A stretch of DNA of 64,000 nt from Thermoplasmata archaeon (GCA_049591535.1 JBAWFC010000076.1:44929-108928), one strand, 5' to 3'; shown: positions 46,374-57,902, counted from the stretch's first letter. Numbers and translations are program-made. Notes: a model not told the origin generated them from the sequence alone.

Positions 46374-48137
46374 GTGCCCGAGCTCCGAGAGCCGATCGTC
46401 TCGCTGCTGGGGCATGTCGACCACGGGAAGACCACACTGCTCGACCGAATCGCCGGCAGCGTGCGGGCGTCCAAGGAGGCCGGTGGGATCACCCAGCACA
46501 TCGGCGCCATCGAGGTTCCGGGCGCGACCGTCCGTCGCCTCTGCGAGGGGATCCTCACCGACGCCCAGCTCGCGGTGCCGGGCCTCCTGTTCGTCGATAC
46601 CCCCGGCCACCGGTCGTTCGAGACCCTTCGCCGGCGGGGAGGGGCGCTCGCGGACCTCGCGATCCTCGTCATCGATGTCCGCGAGGGGCTGATGCCCCAG
46701 TCGCGGGAATCGATCCAGATCCTCCGGCACGAGAAGACCCCGTTCGCGATCGCTCTGACGAAGATCGACCTGCTCGCCGGGTGGCGGAAGACCGCGACGC
46801 CGTTACCGCTCACCGATCAGATCGCCCGGGGCGGGCCCGAGTTCCTCAAGGTCCTCGACCAGCACATGTACTCGGTCGCCGAGGAGGTCGTACGGCTCGG
46901 GTTCTCGGCGGACCGGTACGACCGCGTCAGTGATTTCACGCGCAACGTAGGTATCGTGCCGGTCTCCGCGAAGACCGGGGTCGGTGTCCCCGAACTGATC
47001 GCGCTCCTCGTCGGGCTCGCCCAACGGTTCCTCCAGGAGGAGCTCGCCCGTGTCACGGAGGTCGGAGAGGCGACCATCCTCGAACGGAGCGACCAGAAGG
47101 GGATCGGACCGGTCGGCAACGTGATCGTGTACAACGGCCGCCTCCGCGTGGGGGACGAGATCGTCGTCACGGGCCGGACCGAGCCGTTCTCGACCCGGGT
47201 GCGCGGGATCTACCGGCCGATCCCGCTGAAGCCGGGTACCGCGTCGAAGCAGGTGAAGCTGCGTTCGTTCGACGAGGTCGCGGCGGCGGCCGGGGTGTAC
47301 CTGGCGGCGACCGGTATCGAGGATGCGATGCCGGGCGGGCTGCTCAAGGTCGTACGGACTCCCGAGGAGGCCGAGCGGGTGCGAGTCGAACTCGCGCAGG
47401 AGACCCAGCCGGTCGCCGAGCTCGCCGAGAGCGGAGTCGCGATCTGCGCGGACGCGCTCGGCGGGCTGGAAGCCCTCGCCTTCGAATGCCGCGAGGGGAA
47501 GATCCCCGTCCACGAAGCGACGGTGGGACCGGTCGGACGGCCGACGATCATCCGGATGGCGACCGTGAAGGACCCGACCCACCGCGCCGTGCTCGCGTTT
47601 AATGTCCCGGTCCTGCCGGACGCGCAGCCGGAAGGGGAGTCCGGACCGGTGCGGATCTTCCGGGGGGACATCATGTACCGCGTCATCGAGGACTATACCG
47701 GGTGGCGGGACGAACGCGCGCGCGCTCTCCAGGCGCAGCGCCGACTGGACCTCGTGCACCCGGCGATGCTCGAGGTCCTTCCGGGATTCATCTTCCGGGC
47801 TTCGCGACCGGCGATCGTGGGCGTGAAGGTGCTCGGCGGGACGCTGCGCCCGGGGGTCCGGCTCATGAAAACGGACGGTACCGAGGTCGGTGTTCTGCGG
47901 GGACTCCAGAAGGACGGCGTCGCCGTCACCGAGGCGGAGGAGCGGGCCGAGCTCGCGGCGTCGATCGAGGGAGCCGTGGTCGGAAGGAACCTGAAGGAGG
48001 GGGACCGATTGCTGGTGTCGATTCCTGAATCGGCCGCCCGCGCCCTCCGCGGGCAGGAGCTCACGCCCCGCGAACGCGAGATCCTGGACGAGGTCGCGCG
48101 GCTGCACCGGGTCCACCAGCCGTTCTGGGGACAGTGA
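46374..48137 (+). CDS. infB: Translation initiation factor IF-2 (aIF5B)
   Basis: GTG start. G1 GHVDHGKTTLLD, G3 DTPGH. aIF5B domain order. Confidence 0.9.
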   Translation: MPELREPIVSLLGHVDHGKTTLLDRIAGSVRASKEAGGITQHIGAIEVPGATVRRLCEGILTDAQLAVPGLLFVDTPGHRSFETLRRRGGALADLAILVIDVREGLMPQSRESIQILRHEKTPFAIALTKIDLLAGWRKTATPLPLTDQIARGGPEFLKVLDQHMYSVAEEVVRLGFSADRYDRVSDFTRNVGIVPVSAKTGVGVPELIALLVGLAQRFLQEELARVTEVGEATILERSDQKGIGPVGNVIVYNGRLRVGDEIVVTGRTEPFSTRVRGIYRPIPLKPGTASKQVKLRSFDEVAAAAGVYLAATGIEDAMPGGLLKVVRTPEEAERVRVELAQETQPVAELAESGVAICADALGGLEALAFECREGKIPVHEATVGPVGRPTIIRMATVKDPTHRAVLAFNVPVLPDAQPEGESGPVRIFRGDIMYRVIEDYTGWRDERARALQAQRRLDLVHPAMLEVLPGFIFRASRPAIVGVKVLGGTLRPGVRLMKTDGTEVGVLRGLQKDGVAVTEAEERAELAASIEGAVVGRNLKEGDRLLVSIPESAARALRGQELTPREREILDEVARLHRVHQPFWGQ

Positions 48138-48159
48138 TCCCGGACGGCGGGCGAATGCC

Positions 48160-48837
48160 CTAGGGGGGATCCTCGTCCGGCGGTTCCTCGCCACCCGGCG
48201 GTTCCTCGCGGTCCGGCGGCCCGTCGATGTCGCTGTCGGGGTACGGGTCGTCGAAGTCCTCGTCGAGGTCGCCCGGAGGAACCGTCGCCCCACCCCGACC
48301 GTAGACCCCCGAGCGCAGGAACAGCCCGAGGAACACCGCGAGCCCGCCGATCGCCACCAGTACGCCCGCGCCGATCAGCGGGAGATACTGCAGCCACGGC
48401 AGGGTGCTCGATGCCCCGGGCGTGTAGGTTTCGACCACCGTGGCGGTGAACGACGCCCGCGACGCGTTCGGGTTCGTGAGGTTCAGGATCAGCGGAAACG
48501 ACGCGCGTCCGCTCTCGCTCCACGTTCCGGAGTCGTTCCACCAGGTAGCGATCGGGGGGCCGTTCGGACAGATCCCCGCGCCGGCCGCGCACGGCCCGGG
48601 GGCGTAGAGCGCGACCTGGAGGTACTGCGAGGAGGCCCAGACCAGGTTGGTCGTCGCGGACGACTGGTTCACTCCGGAGACGAGCAGGGTGTACGAGGAA
48701 TGGGGCGGTACGTTCGGGACCGCCGCGTCGCTCGTCTGGGTCACGGCGACCCCCGACATCAGCGACAGACTCGCCACCAGGACCCCCACGCCGATGACCG
48801 CGATCGCCCCGCCCGTGAGCAGCAGACCCTTCCGCAC
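48160..48837 (-). CDS. Hypothetical membrane-anchored surface protein with N-glycosylation sequons and an acidic C-terminal tail
   Basis: N-terminal anchor LLLTGGAIAVIGVGVLVASLSL. Second TM near the C-terminus. Sequons NQS, NLT, NAS, NDS. Confidence 0.5.
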   Translation of the reverse strand: MRKGLLLTGGAIAVIGVGVLVASLSLMSGVAVTQTSDAAVPNVPPHSSYTLLVSGVNQSSATTNLVWASSQYLQVALYAPGPCAAGAGICPNGPPIATWWNDSGTWSESGRASFPLILNLTNPNASRASFTATVVETYTPGASSTLPWLQYLPLIGAGVLVAIGGLAVFLGLFLRSGVYGRGGATVPPGDLDEDFDDPYPDSDIDGPPDREEPPGGEEPPDEDPP

Positions 48838-48949
48838 GGTGAACGGAAGGGCCCGCTCAGAAATAGGTTTCCGAGTCCACGGGCTGGGGTAGAAATCCGA
48901 CCCGGCGCGGGATGAAGGCCTAATTAACTAGTGCGGGTACTTAGGTACC

Positions 48950-49924
48950 GTGTCACTCCCTGTCACGCCCCGCGATGCATTGCCCGCGGATGCGTCGGCC
49001 GGGCGACCCGCCTGCCCGATGTGCGGGAGTTCCCATCGGATCGTCGACCCGGTCCGCGCCGAGACCCACTGCGCGGAGTGCGGACTCGTCTTTGAGCTCA
49101 CCGAGATCCTGGTGACCGCCCCCCCACCGCCCGAAGCCGGCGGCTCGGAGGGGAGCGGGCGGGGGATCGGTCCGTTCGTTCGACCCGGCGGGTCGCGACG
49201 CGCGTTGGGATCGACGCTCTCCATCGCTCGCGACGGACAGGGTAAGCGACTCGACTGGCATCGCCGCTACGAGTTCCAGCACCTGAAGCGGGTCATGCAG
49301 CGGCAAACCGCGCGCGTCGCGGACGGCCCGCTGGACCGCTCGCCCGCACGCAACGAGATCGTCGTCGCGACCGAGCGCTTGGGCCTTCCGGCCGTCGTCC
49401 AGGCGGAGGCGGAACACGTCTATCGCGAAGCGAAGGTCCGAGCGCTCTTCCGGGGACGCAGCCTCCCGGCGAGCGTCGGGGCCTCGGTCTATACGGCGTG
49501 CCGCCGATTCTCGATCCCCCGTACCCTCGGGGAGGTCTCCGATGCCGTGGGCGCGAAGCGTTACGAGGTCGGTCGCACGTTCAAGGTCATCCAGCGGGGT
49601 ACCGGGCTCCCGGTGCCGGGGGTCGGGACCCGGGCGTTCCTCGAGCGGTACGCCGAGGAGCTCGCGCTCTCTCCCAAGGTCCGGTCGACGGTCGAAGCGA
49701 TGCTCGAGGAGGCGAAAGCCGACCCCGAACTCTCGGGGCTCTCGCCGCACGGGCTCGTCGCCGCGCTCATCCATCTCGCGGCCGAGGAGAACGGTGAGCG
49801 TCGCTCCCGCGCCCAGGTCGCTCGCGTCAGCTCGGTGACGGAGGTCACGCTCCGCTCGACGAGCCGGCTGCTCGAGAAGGTTTGGGGCCCGCGCCTTCGC
49901 GCGGGGCGCACCGGTTCGTCCTAG
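48950..49924 (+). CDS. tfb: Transcription initiation factor IIB (TFB)
   Basis: N-terminal Zn ribbon CPMCGS...CAECG. Two cyclin-fold repeats. Confidence 0.9.
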   Translation: MSLPVTPRDALPADASAGRPACPMCGSSHRIVDPVRAETHCAECGLVFELTEILVTAPPPPEAGGSEGSGRGIGPFVRPGGSRRALGSTLSIARDGQGKRLDWHRRYEFQHLKRVMQRQTARVADGPLDRSPARNEIVVATERLGLPAVVQAEAEHVYREAKVRALFRGRSLPASVGASVYTACRRFSIPRTLGEVSDAVGAKRYEVGRTFKVIQRGTGLPVPGVGTRAFLERYAEELALSPKVRSTVEAMLEEAKADPELSGLSPHGLVAALIHLAAEENGERRSRAQVARVSSVTEVTLRSTSRLLEKVWGPRLRAGRTGSS

Positions 49925-50145
49925 CGGATCAGGTAGTAGCCGGCGGCCTTTTCGCGCACCTTGCGCCGGACGTAGCCCTTCGTTTGGAGTTCCTGGAGCG
50001 CGTTGAGGACCATGGTCTTCGGGAGCTTCGCCGACTGGGTGATCCGTTCGGCCGTCCCCATCCTCTCTTCGGAGGCGTTCCCGAGGTCCTTCATCGTCTT
50101 GTAGACCCGGAGCACGTTGCCCGATACGTCGTCCTCGACCGCCAT
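49921..50145 (-). CDS. Small winged-helix DNA-binding protein (74 aa)
   Basis: ATG at 50145, inside a longer spurious ORF. Helix-turn-helix TAERITQSAKLPKTMVLNALQELQTKGYV. Confidence 0.5.
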   Translation of the reverse strand: MAVEDDVSGNVLRVYKTMKDLGNASEERMGTAERITQSAKLPKTMVLNALQELQTKGYVRRKVREKAAGYYLIR

Positions 50146-50247
50146 CGTTCTCGCCGCGGACCCAGTGCGGGGGGACCTTAATGCTGCCGGCGGACGTCTT
50201 GTCTTAGCCGAGAGGTCCCTGGGCCGCGGAGGGAGGCAGACTCGGTC

Positions 50248-51405
50248 GTGGCGCTCCCGTCGCTGACTGCCGTTTGGGACGACCGGTTCCGTGCCTACGA
50301 CCTCGGCTCCGAGCATCCGTTCACCGAACGGAGCCGTGCGCTCGCCGCAGATCTGCTGACCGCGGCGACGGAGGCTTCGGCTCCGGGCACGATCGAGTGG
50401 GTCCGCGCGGTGGACCCGGCGCCGGTCTCCGAGCTCGAGTCGTTCCATCTCCCCGAGTACGTCCGTTGGGTGGAGAGCGTCAGCGGTCGGAGCGAGCCGT
50501 TCCTGCTCGACGGGGGCGACACCCCGTCGTTCGCCGGATGCTACGAAGCGGCCGCCCGGATCGTCGGCGGCGCCGACCGGGCACTCGAGCGGGTCTTCCA
50601 GACCTCCCGACCGGCGTTCCACCCCGCCGGGGGACTGCACCACGCCCGGCCCGATCGGGCGAGCGGGTTCTGCATCTTCAACGACGTCGCGGTCGCGGTC
50701 GCGCGAGCGCTCGGAGACCACCGGAAGGTCGCGTACCTCGACATCGACGCCCACCACGGCGACGGCGTGATGTACGGGTTCTACGAATCGGGACGCGTCC
50801 TGGACATCGACTTCCACCAGGACGGCCGCACGCTATTCCCGGGAACGGGGTTCCCGAACGAGGTGGGACGGGGAGACGGCTCCGGGCACAAGGTGAATGC
50901 GCCGCTCCCTCCGGGGTCCGGGGACGAAGCGTTGCTCCCGCTATTCCACCGCCTCGTTCCACCCCTGCTCCGCGAGTTCCGACCGGACGTGATCGTGCTG
51001 CAGCACGGAGTGGACGGACACATGGGAGACGCCCTCGCCCATCTGCAGTATACCCCGGCCGCGTACGCCGAGATCGACGCGACCGTCGTCGCCCTCGCCC
51101 ACGAGCTGACCCACGGTCGTCTGCTGGTGACCGGCGGGGGCGGCTACCGCGGCGCGTCGGTCAGCCGGGTGCTCGCCCGGGCCGGCCTCGTACTCGCCGG
51201 ACTCGACCTTCCCGAGGATCGAGAGCCGCTCCCCGAAGCGTGGCGGGGGGCGTATCGGGAGAGTCTCGGGGAGTCGGCACCGAGGTCGTGGGTCGACGCG
51301 GTCGAGCCTACGCCTTCGCGTTGGAGACCCGAGCACGAGGCGAAGCTCGTCGCCGAGCTCGAGTCGGCCCTCGGTCGCCGGTTCCCGTCCGTACGGTCGC
51401 GCTAG
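50248..51405 (+). CDS. Histone deacetylase-family protein (acetoin utilization AcuC/acetylpolyamine amidohydrolase-like)
   Basis: Motifs HPAGGLHHA..., FCIFNDVAVA, DIDAHHGDG. Confidence 0.85.
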   Translation: MALPSLTAVWDDRFRAYDLGSEHPFTERSRALAADLLTAATEASAPGTIEWVRAVDPAPVSELESFHLPEYVRWVESVSGRSEPFLLDGGDTPSFAGCYEAAARIVGGADRALERVFQTSRPAFHPAGGLHHARPDRASGFCIFNDVAVAVARALGDHRKVAYLDIDAHHGDGVMYGFYESGRVLDIDFHQDGRTLFPGTGFPNEVGRGDGSGHKVNAPLPPGSGDEALLPLFHRLVPPLLREFRPDVIVLQHGVDGHMGDALAHLQYTPAAYAEIDATVVALAHELTHGRLLVTGGGGYRGASVSRVLARAGLVLAGLDLPEDREPLPEAWRGAYRESLGESAPRSWVDAVEPTPSRWRPEHEAKLVAELESALGRRFPSVRSR

Positions 51406-52460
51406 AACCGGTCGCCCCAACCGAGGCGGTCGAGCAGGTCTTGGTCGGTCGCACGGATACCCGCCTCGACGTCGACCGCGGAGAGCCGGTCGGCCGTCCC
51501 TCGGCGGACCTTCGCGCGTACCTCGGCGCGGGAGAGTACGAGCGCGCCGATGGACCGAAGTTCGTCCTCGACGCGGTCGCGCACGGTCCCTTCGTCGGAA
51601 TCCATCATCGCGAGGTGCACGGTTCCGAACAGCGCGTCGCGGTCGAGCCAGTAGCGGAGGTACCCGGCCAGGAGCGCGACCGCGGCGGGCTCGCAGGAGG
51701 GCCGGCGTTCGGGCGGTGGGATCACGCCGAGCGAGCGGGCGACGCTCCCTTCCGGCCGCAGCTCGAGCAGCTCCCAGCCCCCCAGCCCCTCGGCGAAGGC
51801 GACCGGGGCGGCTCTTCCGTCGAAGCACAACGGGAGGAGCTCGATCCCGTCCTCGACCGGCGGTGGGTCCGGGGAGGGAAAATCGGCATCGGTCGGTACC
51901 GGGATCGCTCGGGCGAGCGCGCGGCGAACCTCGTCCTCTCCGACCCAGCGGCCCTCGGATTCCAGCCGACGCACGACCTTGCGGCGGCGTCGCGTCGTCG
52001 CCTCGAGCCGGGGGAGGCTGGACCCGTCCAGCCGTTCGCGAAGTGCGGCGAGTTCGTCCGGGAAACCCGGCGCGCTCGCGCGAGCGACCGTCGTCTCGGT
52101 ACGAGCGAGGTGACCGATCGCCACGCCGGGGCAGGAGAGAACGACGGTCGCCTGGATACGGGTACCGACGTGGGCGGTCAGCGGAAACTCCCGGCACGGG
52201 TGGGGACGCGCGGCGTGCGCGCCGCACCGGTTCTCGTCGAGCAGCCCGCACGCGCCACCGTTCGGGCGCGCGGCGACGAACTCATCCGCGCCGTGACCGA
52301 CGAACTCCACCTCCGGCGCGATCTGGAGCAACCGGGATTTCTCCGAGCCCGTCACCCGCGGTTCCGCGTAGCAGCAGAGTCCACAATCCGGTCGGCAGGA
52401 GAAACGGAAGCCCGCCAGCAGGGCCACGTCGAGTTCGGGAATCCCCGCCGCGTCGTTCAT
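51402..52460 (-). CDS. YkgJ-family Cys-cluster protein (putative Zn/Fe-chelating domain)
   Basis: CRPDCGLCC ... CGLLDENRC ... HPC motif arrangement. Confidence 0.6.
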   Translation of the reverse strand: MNDAAGIPELDVALLAGFRFSCRPDCGLCCYAEPRVTGSEKSRLLQIAPEVEFVGHGADEFVAARPNGGACGLLDENRCGAHAARPHPCREFPLTAHVGTRIQATVVLSCPGVAIGHLARTETTVARASAPGFPDELAALRERLDGSSLPRLEATTRRRRKVVRRLESEGRWVGEDEVRRALARAIPVPTDADFPSPDPPPVEDGIELLPLCFDGRAAPVAFAEGLGGWELLELRPEGSVARSLGVIPPPERRPSCEPAAVALLAGYLRYWLDRDALFGTVHLAMMDSDEGTVRDRVEDELRSIGALVLSRAEVRAKVRRGTADRLSAVDVEAGIRATDQDLLDRLGWGDRF

Positions 52461-52520
52461 GCCCTTCCGACGTCGCGGGACGCGCGCATCGTATTAATCC
52501 CGGGGGCGTTCCGGCCGGCG

Positions 52521-52961
52521 ATGGTGCTGCTCGCTAAGGACATCATGGAGAAGGTGGTCCTGACGATCGACGAGGGGGTCGATGCGCTGACCTGTGCGAA
52601 GGCGATGGCCCAACAGCACAAGGGCTACGCCGTGCTGCTCCGACCACCGGGTACGATCGCCGGCATCGTCACCGAGTGGGACTATCTCTCGAAGGTCGTC
52701 GCCGCCGGCCGCGACCCGGCCTCGGTCGGAGTTCGCGAGATCGCCACCTCGGTGGTGGATTCGTGCACCCCCGATACGCCGACCGACGTCGTGGTGACGA
52801 CGATGGCCGAGAAGGGGATCCGTCGCATGGTCGTTCGGAATGGCGACCAAGTGCTCGGGATCATCACGGCGCGCAACGTGCTGCGCATGTTCCGCGAGTA
52901 CGTCGACAAGGTCTCCTCCGAGATCGCGGGGTACCAGGCGGCCCCGTCGACGCTCGGATAG
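52521..52961 (+). CDS. CBS domain pair protein
   Basis: ATG at 52521. Two CBS-like repeats (146 aa). Confidence 0.75.
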   Translation: MVLLAKDIMEKVVLTIDEGVDALTCAKAMAQQHKGYAVLLRPPGTIAGIVTEWDYLSKVVAAGRDPASVGVREIATSVVDSCTPDTPTDVVVTTMAEKGIRRMVVRNGDQVLGIITARNVLRMFREYVDKVSSEIAGYQAAPSTLG

Positions 52962-53112
52962 CGGCGGTACGAGTGGCGAGCTTATCATTCGCCGCAACCC
53001 CCTACCCTCCCACGTCTCGACTTGCGTACTCGGACCTCGGGCGACCGCCTTCCGGCCCTCCCCGCATTCCGGGGAGAGGTCCCCGCAGCTCCGCCCTGCG
53101 CATCGTCTGCCC

Positions 53113-54564
53113 ATGAAGTACAAGTGGCTCGTCCTCTCGAACACGACGGTCGCCACGTTGATGGCGGCGATCGACACGAACATCGTGCTGATCTCGCTCC
53201 CGACGATCGGGCGTCAGCTGCCCGGCACGAACGCGACGACCCTCCTCTGGATCCTGCTCGGCTACTCGCTCCTCACCGCGGTCGTCCTCCTGAACTTCGG
53301 ACGCCTCTCCGACATGTTCGGGCGGGTCCGTCTCTACGTGCTCGGCTTCGCGATCTTCACCGTCGGTTCGCTGCTTTGCGGACTTTCCCAGAACGGGCTC
53401 GAGCTCGTCGGGTTCCGGCTCGTCCAAGCGGTCGGCGCCGGCTTCCTCTTCGCGAACTCCGCGGCGATCATCACCGACGCGTTTCCTCCGAACGAACGGG
53501 GCCGGGCGCTGGGGATCAACCAGATCTCGATCGTGGTCGGGGCCGTCGCCGGGCTGATCCTCGGCGGCATCATCACGTCGACCGTCGGCTGGCGGTGGAT
53601 CTTCTTCGTGAACGTCCCGATCGGGATCATCGCGACGATCCGGGCGCGGACCGACCTCAGGGAGCTCGCCCTCCGCGAGGAGCATCCGAAGATCGACTGG
53701 CTCGGCAACATCGCGTTCGCGATGGGGCTCACCCTGATCCTCGCCGGAGTCACCCTCGGGGCGCTCGCGGACATCACCGGCTCCGAATCGATCGCCACCG
53801 TCGTCGCGGGCGGGGCGGTGCTCGTCGCGTTCGTCTGGATCGAGTCCTGGGTCCCCTCCCCGATGCTCGACCTGTCGCTGTTCCGGAACCGGGTCTTCGC
53901 GACGTCGACCACCGCGACCCTCATGAACGCGCTCGCCCGCGGCGCGTTCACATTCGTTCTCGTGTTCTACCTCCAGGGCCCGCCGCGCTACCTCGACCCG
54001 TTCACCGCGGGGCTCTACCTGATCCCGGTCTCCGCGTCGCTCGCGACCTTCGGTCCCGTCAGCGGATGGCTCTCGGACCGGTACGGGCCCACGTGGTTCA
54101 CCGTGTTCGGCCTGATCATCTCGGCCTCCGGGTTCCTCTGGCTCGGAACGGTCGGCCCGGCCGACTCGTTCCTGCAACTGACCCCGCCCCTCATCCTCGT
54201 CGGCACGGGGATGGGGCTGTTCGCGGCACCGAACCGGGCGACGATGATGACCGCGGTCCCGCCGAACCGCCGCGGCGTGGCGTCCGGCATCGGAACGACG
54301 TTCCTCAACACCGGCGCGACCCTGAGCCTCGGGGTCACCCTGGTCATCATGTCGACGGTCGTTCCCCGTTCGGCGCTCGAGATCATCCTGACCGGTGGCA
54401 CGGTCCACAGCTCGTCCGTTTCGGTCGCGGCCGGATTCCTCAGCTCGATCCACCTGATCTTCTTCGTCTCGGCGGCACTCATCCTTCTCTCGCTGGTCCC
54501 GATCGCCCTCCGGGGGCGGTCGCCCCCGCCGCCGGCGGAACCGAGCCCCGAGACCGGCGACTGA
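53113..54564 (+). CDS. MFS transporter, DHA2 (EmrB/QacA-like, 14 TM)
   Basis: ATG at 53113. Motif A GRLSDMFGRVR. 483 aa with about 14 TM. Confidence 0.85.
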   Translation: MKYKWLVLSNTTVATLMAAIDTNIVLISLPTIGRQLPGTNATTLLWILLGYSLLTAVVLLNFGRLSDMFGRVRLYVLGFAIFTVGSLLCGLSQNGLELVGFRLVQAVGAGFLFANSAAIITDAFPPNERGRALGINQISIVVGAVAGLILGGIITSTVGWRWIFFVNVPIGIIATIRARTDLRELALREEHPKIDWLGNIAFAMGLTLILAGVTLGALADITGSESIATVVAGGAVLVAFVWIESWVPSPMLDLSLFRNRVFATSTTATLMNALARGAFTFVLVFYLQGPPRYLDPFTAGLYLIPVSASLATFGPVSGWLSDRYGPTWFTVFGLIISASGFLWLGTVGPADSFLQLTPPLILVGTGMGLFAAPNRATMMTAVPPNRRGVASGIGTTFLNTGATLSLGVTLVIMSTVVPRSALEIILTGGTVHSSSVSVAAGFLSSIHLIFFVSAALILLSLVPIALRGRSPPPPAEPSPETGD

Positions 54565-54576
54565 GCGCGCGCGGGC

Positions 54577-55397
54577 CTACGCCTTCGGTGCCAGCGCCCG
54601 GCGGGCGAGCATCGTGGCGATCACGAACATCGCGAGCGCCCAGACGAACAGGCCGAGGAGGTAGACCGCCGGCGGGTCCGGATAGTACGCCGTCGCGCCG
54701 CCGAAGAGGTTCTCCCGGATGACGTCCACGGCGAGGGTGATCGGATTGTAGGAGGCGATGTCGCGGAACCAGGGCGGCATCGTTCCCCACGGGAACAGGG
54801 CCGCCGAGGTGAGGAGGACGGGGAGGTTGATCGCATTCACGACGGCGAAGTAGCTCTGCGGTTGCTCGATCGAGAAGCCGACCGCGAGGAAGAGCGATGC
54901 GAACATCGCCGACAGGATGAGGATTGCGAGGACGATCTCCCCGGCGCCGACCCCGGTGATCGAGGCGGTCACCTGGAGCCCGCTCAATCCGACGTGCCCG
55001 AGCAGGACCGCGAGGCCGAGCACCAGGAACGCAAGGCCAACCGGCTGGATCATCCCGGCGAGGAGTCGTGCCCCGAAGATCGAGGAGGCGGTCGCGGGCG
55101 ACGCGGCCGTTCGCTTGAGTATGCCGAACAGGCGGTCGAAGATGACGTTCGCGCCGATGAACAGGGTCGCGGTCACCGCGACGAACCCGACCATTCCCGC
55201 AGCGAAGTACGAGAAATAGGTCGGAGCGCCGCGCGTGAGGATCAGGAGCCCCTGCGGGCTGATGGCGGCCCCCAGGTCGAACGCCTGCCCGAACAGGACC
55301 AGGTAGAGGATCGGCAGCATCAGAGACGTGATGATCGCCTGAGGGTTCCGCGAGAGCCGTAGCAACTCACGGTGCGTCAGCGCGCCGAGCTCGCGGA

Positions 55398-55401
<4 letters not shown>
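54577..55401 (-). CDS. ABC-2 type transporter permease
   Basis: 274 aa, 6 TM. 4-nt overlap with the upstream ATPase gene. Confidence 0.8.
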
Positions 55402-56417
<1,016 letters not shown>

Positions 56418-56550
56418 GGATAACCACCGCCAACCTTCGGGGCAGATAAAGTTGGGACTCCCGAAGTCGTCGCCCGCGGGACGCCGTCGAATCGCGCGCC
56501 GGGCGTTGGTGAACGGCAACGATTATGCTCGAGCGCCCGGTCGGTCCCGA

Positions 56551-57195
56551 ATGCGCGTCGGAATCCTCGGAAGCGGACCCGTCGGCCAAACTCTCGGCAC
56601 GGCGTTCGCCGCTCACGGCCACGATGTTCGGCTCGGGTCGAAAACACCCGACAAACCGGAGCTCGTGACATGGAAGTCGGAGGCACAAGGTACCGTCTCG
56701 ACGGGCACCTTTGCCGAGGCGGCGGCGTACGGGGAACTCCTCGTGCTCTGCTGCCTCGGTCAGGCCGGCGAGCAGGTGATCGATCTGGCGGGGGTCTCCC
56801 ACTTCGACGGGAAGGTGCTGATCGACGCGACCAACGCCCTCGACTTCTCGCACGGGATGCCTCCCGGTCTGCTGGTCGGATGTACCGACTCCCTCGGGGA
56901 GCGCCACCAGCGCAAGTTGCCCCGGGCCCGCGTCGTGAAGGCCCTGAACACCGTCCCCAACTCGGTGATGGTCCAGCCGAAGATCGGGGGGGTTCTTCCC
57001 GACCTTTACGTCGCGGGGAACGACGAGGCGGCCAAGGCCGAGGTCGTGAAGGTATTGGGCGAGTTCGGATGGGCGGGCGCGATCGACCTCGGCGGGATCG
57101 CGGAGTCTCGGTGGCTCGAAGCGCTCGTCATGCTCTGGATCCGGGTCGCGATGAAGTCCGGCAACTTCCACTGCGCATTCAAGGTCCTGTCCTGA
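56551..57195 (+). CDS. NADP oxidoreductase, F420-dependent family (NpdG/P5CR-like Rossmann)
   Basis: ATG at 56551. MRVGILGSGPVGQTLG dinucleotide-binding N-terminus. Confidence 0.7.
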   Translation: MRVGILGSGPVGQTLGTAFAAHGHDVRLGSKTPDKPELVTWKSEAQGTVSTGTFAEAAAYGELLVLCCLGQAGEQVIDLAGVSHFDGKVLIDATNALDFSHGMPPGLLVGCTDSLGERHQRKLPRARVVKALNTVPNSVMVQPKIGGVLPDLYVAGNDEAAKAEVVKVLGEFGWAGAIDLGGIAESRWLEALVMLWIRVAMKSGNFHCAFKVLS

Positions 57196-57280
57196 GCAGG
57201 ACGTCACGGTACGCCGCCCGGCGGACGTCAGCGCTAGGGCGCCGACACGCCGGGCGGGATGCGCGGGGATACGTCGCGGC

Positions 57281-57541
57281 TCACCGGGATCGCTTCGCAG
57301 ACGCGAGGACCTTTGCTGTGACCGTGCGCTCGTTCTCCAAGATCCAGCGCTCGGCCCCGACCTTCTCCCCCGGCGTCAGTGAGTCGGGCAGCCGACTCCG
57401 GACAAGTTCGACCACGCGCGATTCACCCTGAGCGACGCTCCTCGCGAGGCCGGTACAGTCACTCTCCGAGAGCTGGGCCGGGAGAGTCTCGGGCTTGACG
57501 GGGGGTGGCTTCGGGTCCTTCCTGACCGGTGGGAACACCAT
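57281..57541 (-). CDS. Hypothetical protein (86 aa), third gene of the RHH-led cassette
   Basis: ATG preceded by AAGGAGG at a 10-nt spacing. No family recognised. Confidence 0.45.
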   Translation of the reverse strand: MVFPPVRKDPKPPPVKPETLPAQLSESDCTGLARSVAQGESRVVELVRSRLPDSLTPGEKVGAERWILENERTVTAKVLASAKRSR

Positions 57542-57543
57542 GT

Positions 57544-57708
57544 TCAGGCCGCCTCCTTGTCGAGCAGTCGGAGCGCCTGCCTTCGGAGGGCAGGCACGTC
57601 CGCCGCAGGTACGACGTCGGGGAGGGCCTCCACGAACACGCGGTATGGGCTGCCGACCGGATGCGCTGTGGCCGAGCGCTTAACGTCGGAGAGCGGAACG
57701 TCGGTCAC
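57544..57708 (-). CDS. Hypothetical small protein (54 aa), translationally coupled to the RHH gene
   Basis: GTG start overlaps the RHH stop (GTGA). Ends 2 nt before the next ATG. Below the ORF-track cutoff. Confidence 0.3.
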   Translation of the reverse strand: MTDVPLSDVKRSATAHPVGSPYRVFVEALPDVVPAADVPALRRQALRLLDKEAA

Positions 57709-57902
57709 GCTCCCTCCTCCCGAAGCCCCATTTCCAACAGCTGGTCGGCCAGCTTCCCGAGGAGGACCCCTCGAGCCGCAGCGACAACCTTGAGCCGGTG
57801 ATGGAGCGCAGAGTCAACAGGAAGCGACGTTCGCTTCCGCTTGAACTGAAGAGGCGGGAGTTCGGGCTGGGGCTCAGGATTCTTGGGTACCGACTTAGCC
57901 AT
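57705..57902 (-). CDS. Ribbon-helix-helix (CopG/ParD-like) DNA-binding protein
   Basis: 65 aa. RHH segment SLPVDSALHHRLKVVAAARGVLLGKLADQLLEMG. Confidence 0.65.
   Translation of the reverse strand: MAKSVPKNPEPQPELPPLQFKRKRTSLPVDSALHHRLKVVAAARGVLLGKLADQLLEMGLREEGA

Noticed and set aside
50274-52961. 895-aa plus-strand ORF
   Set aside because: Mostly antisense to the YkgJ-like gene and out of frame with the HDAC gene. Only the last 146 codons (CBS protein, 52521..52961) are credible.
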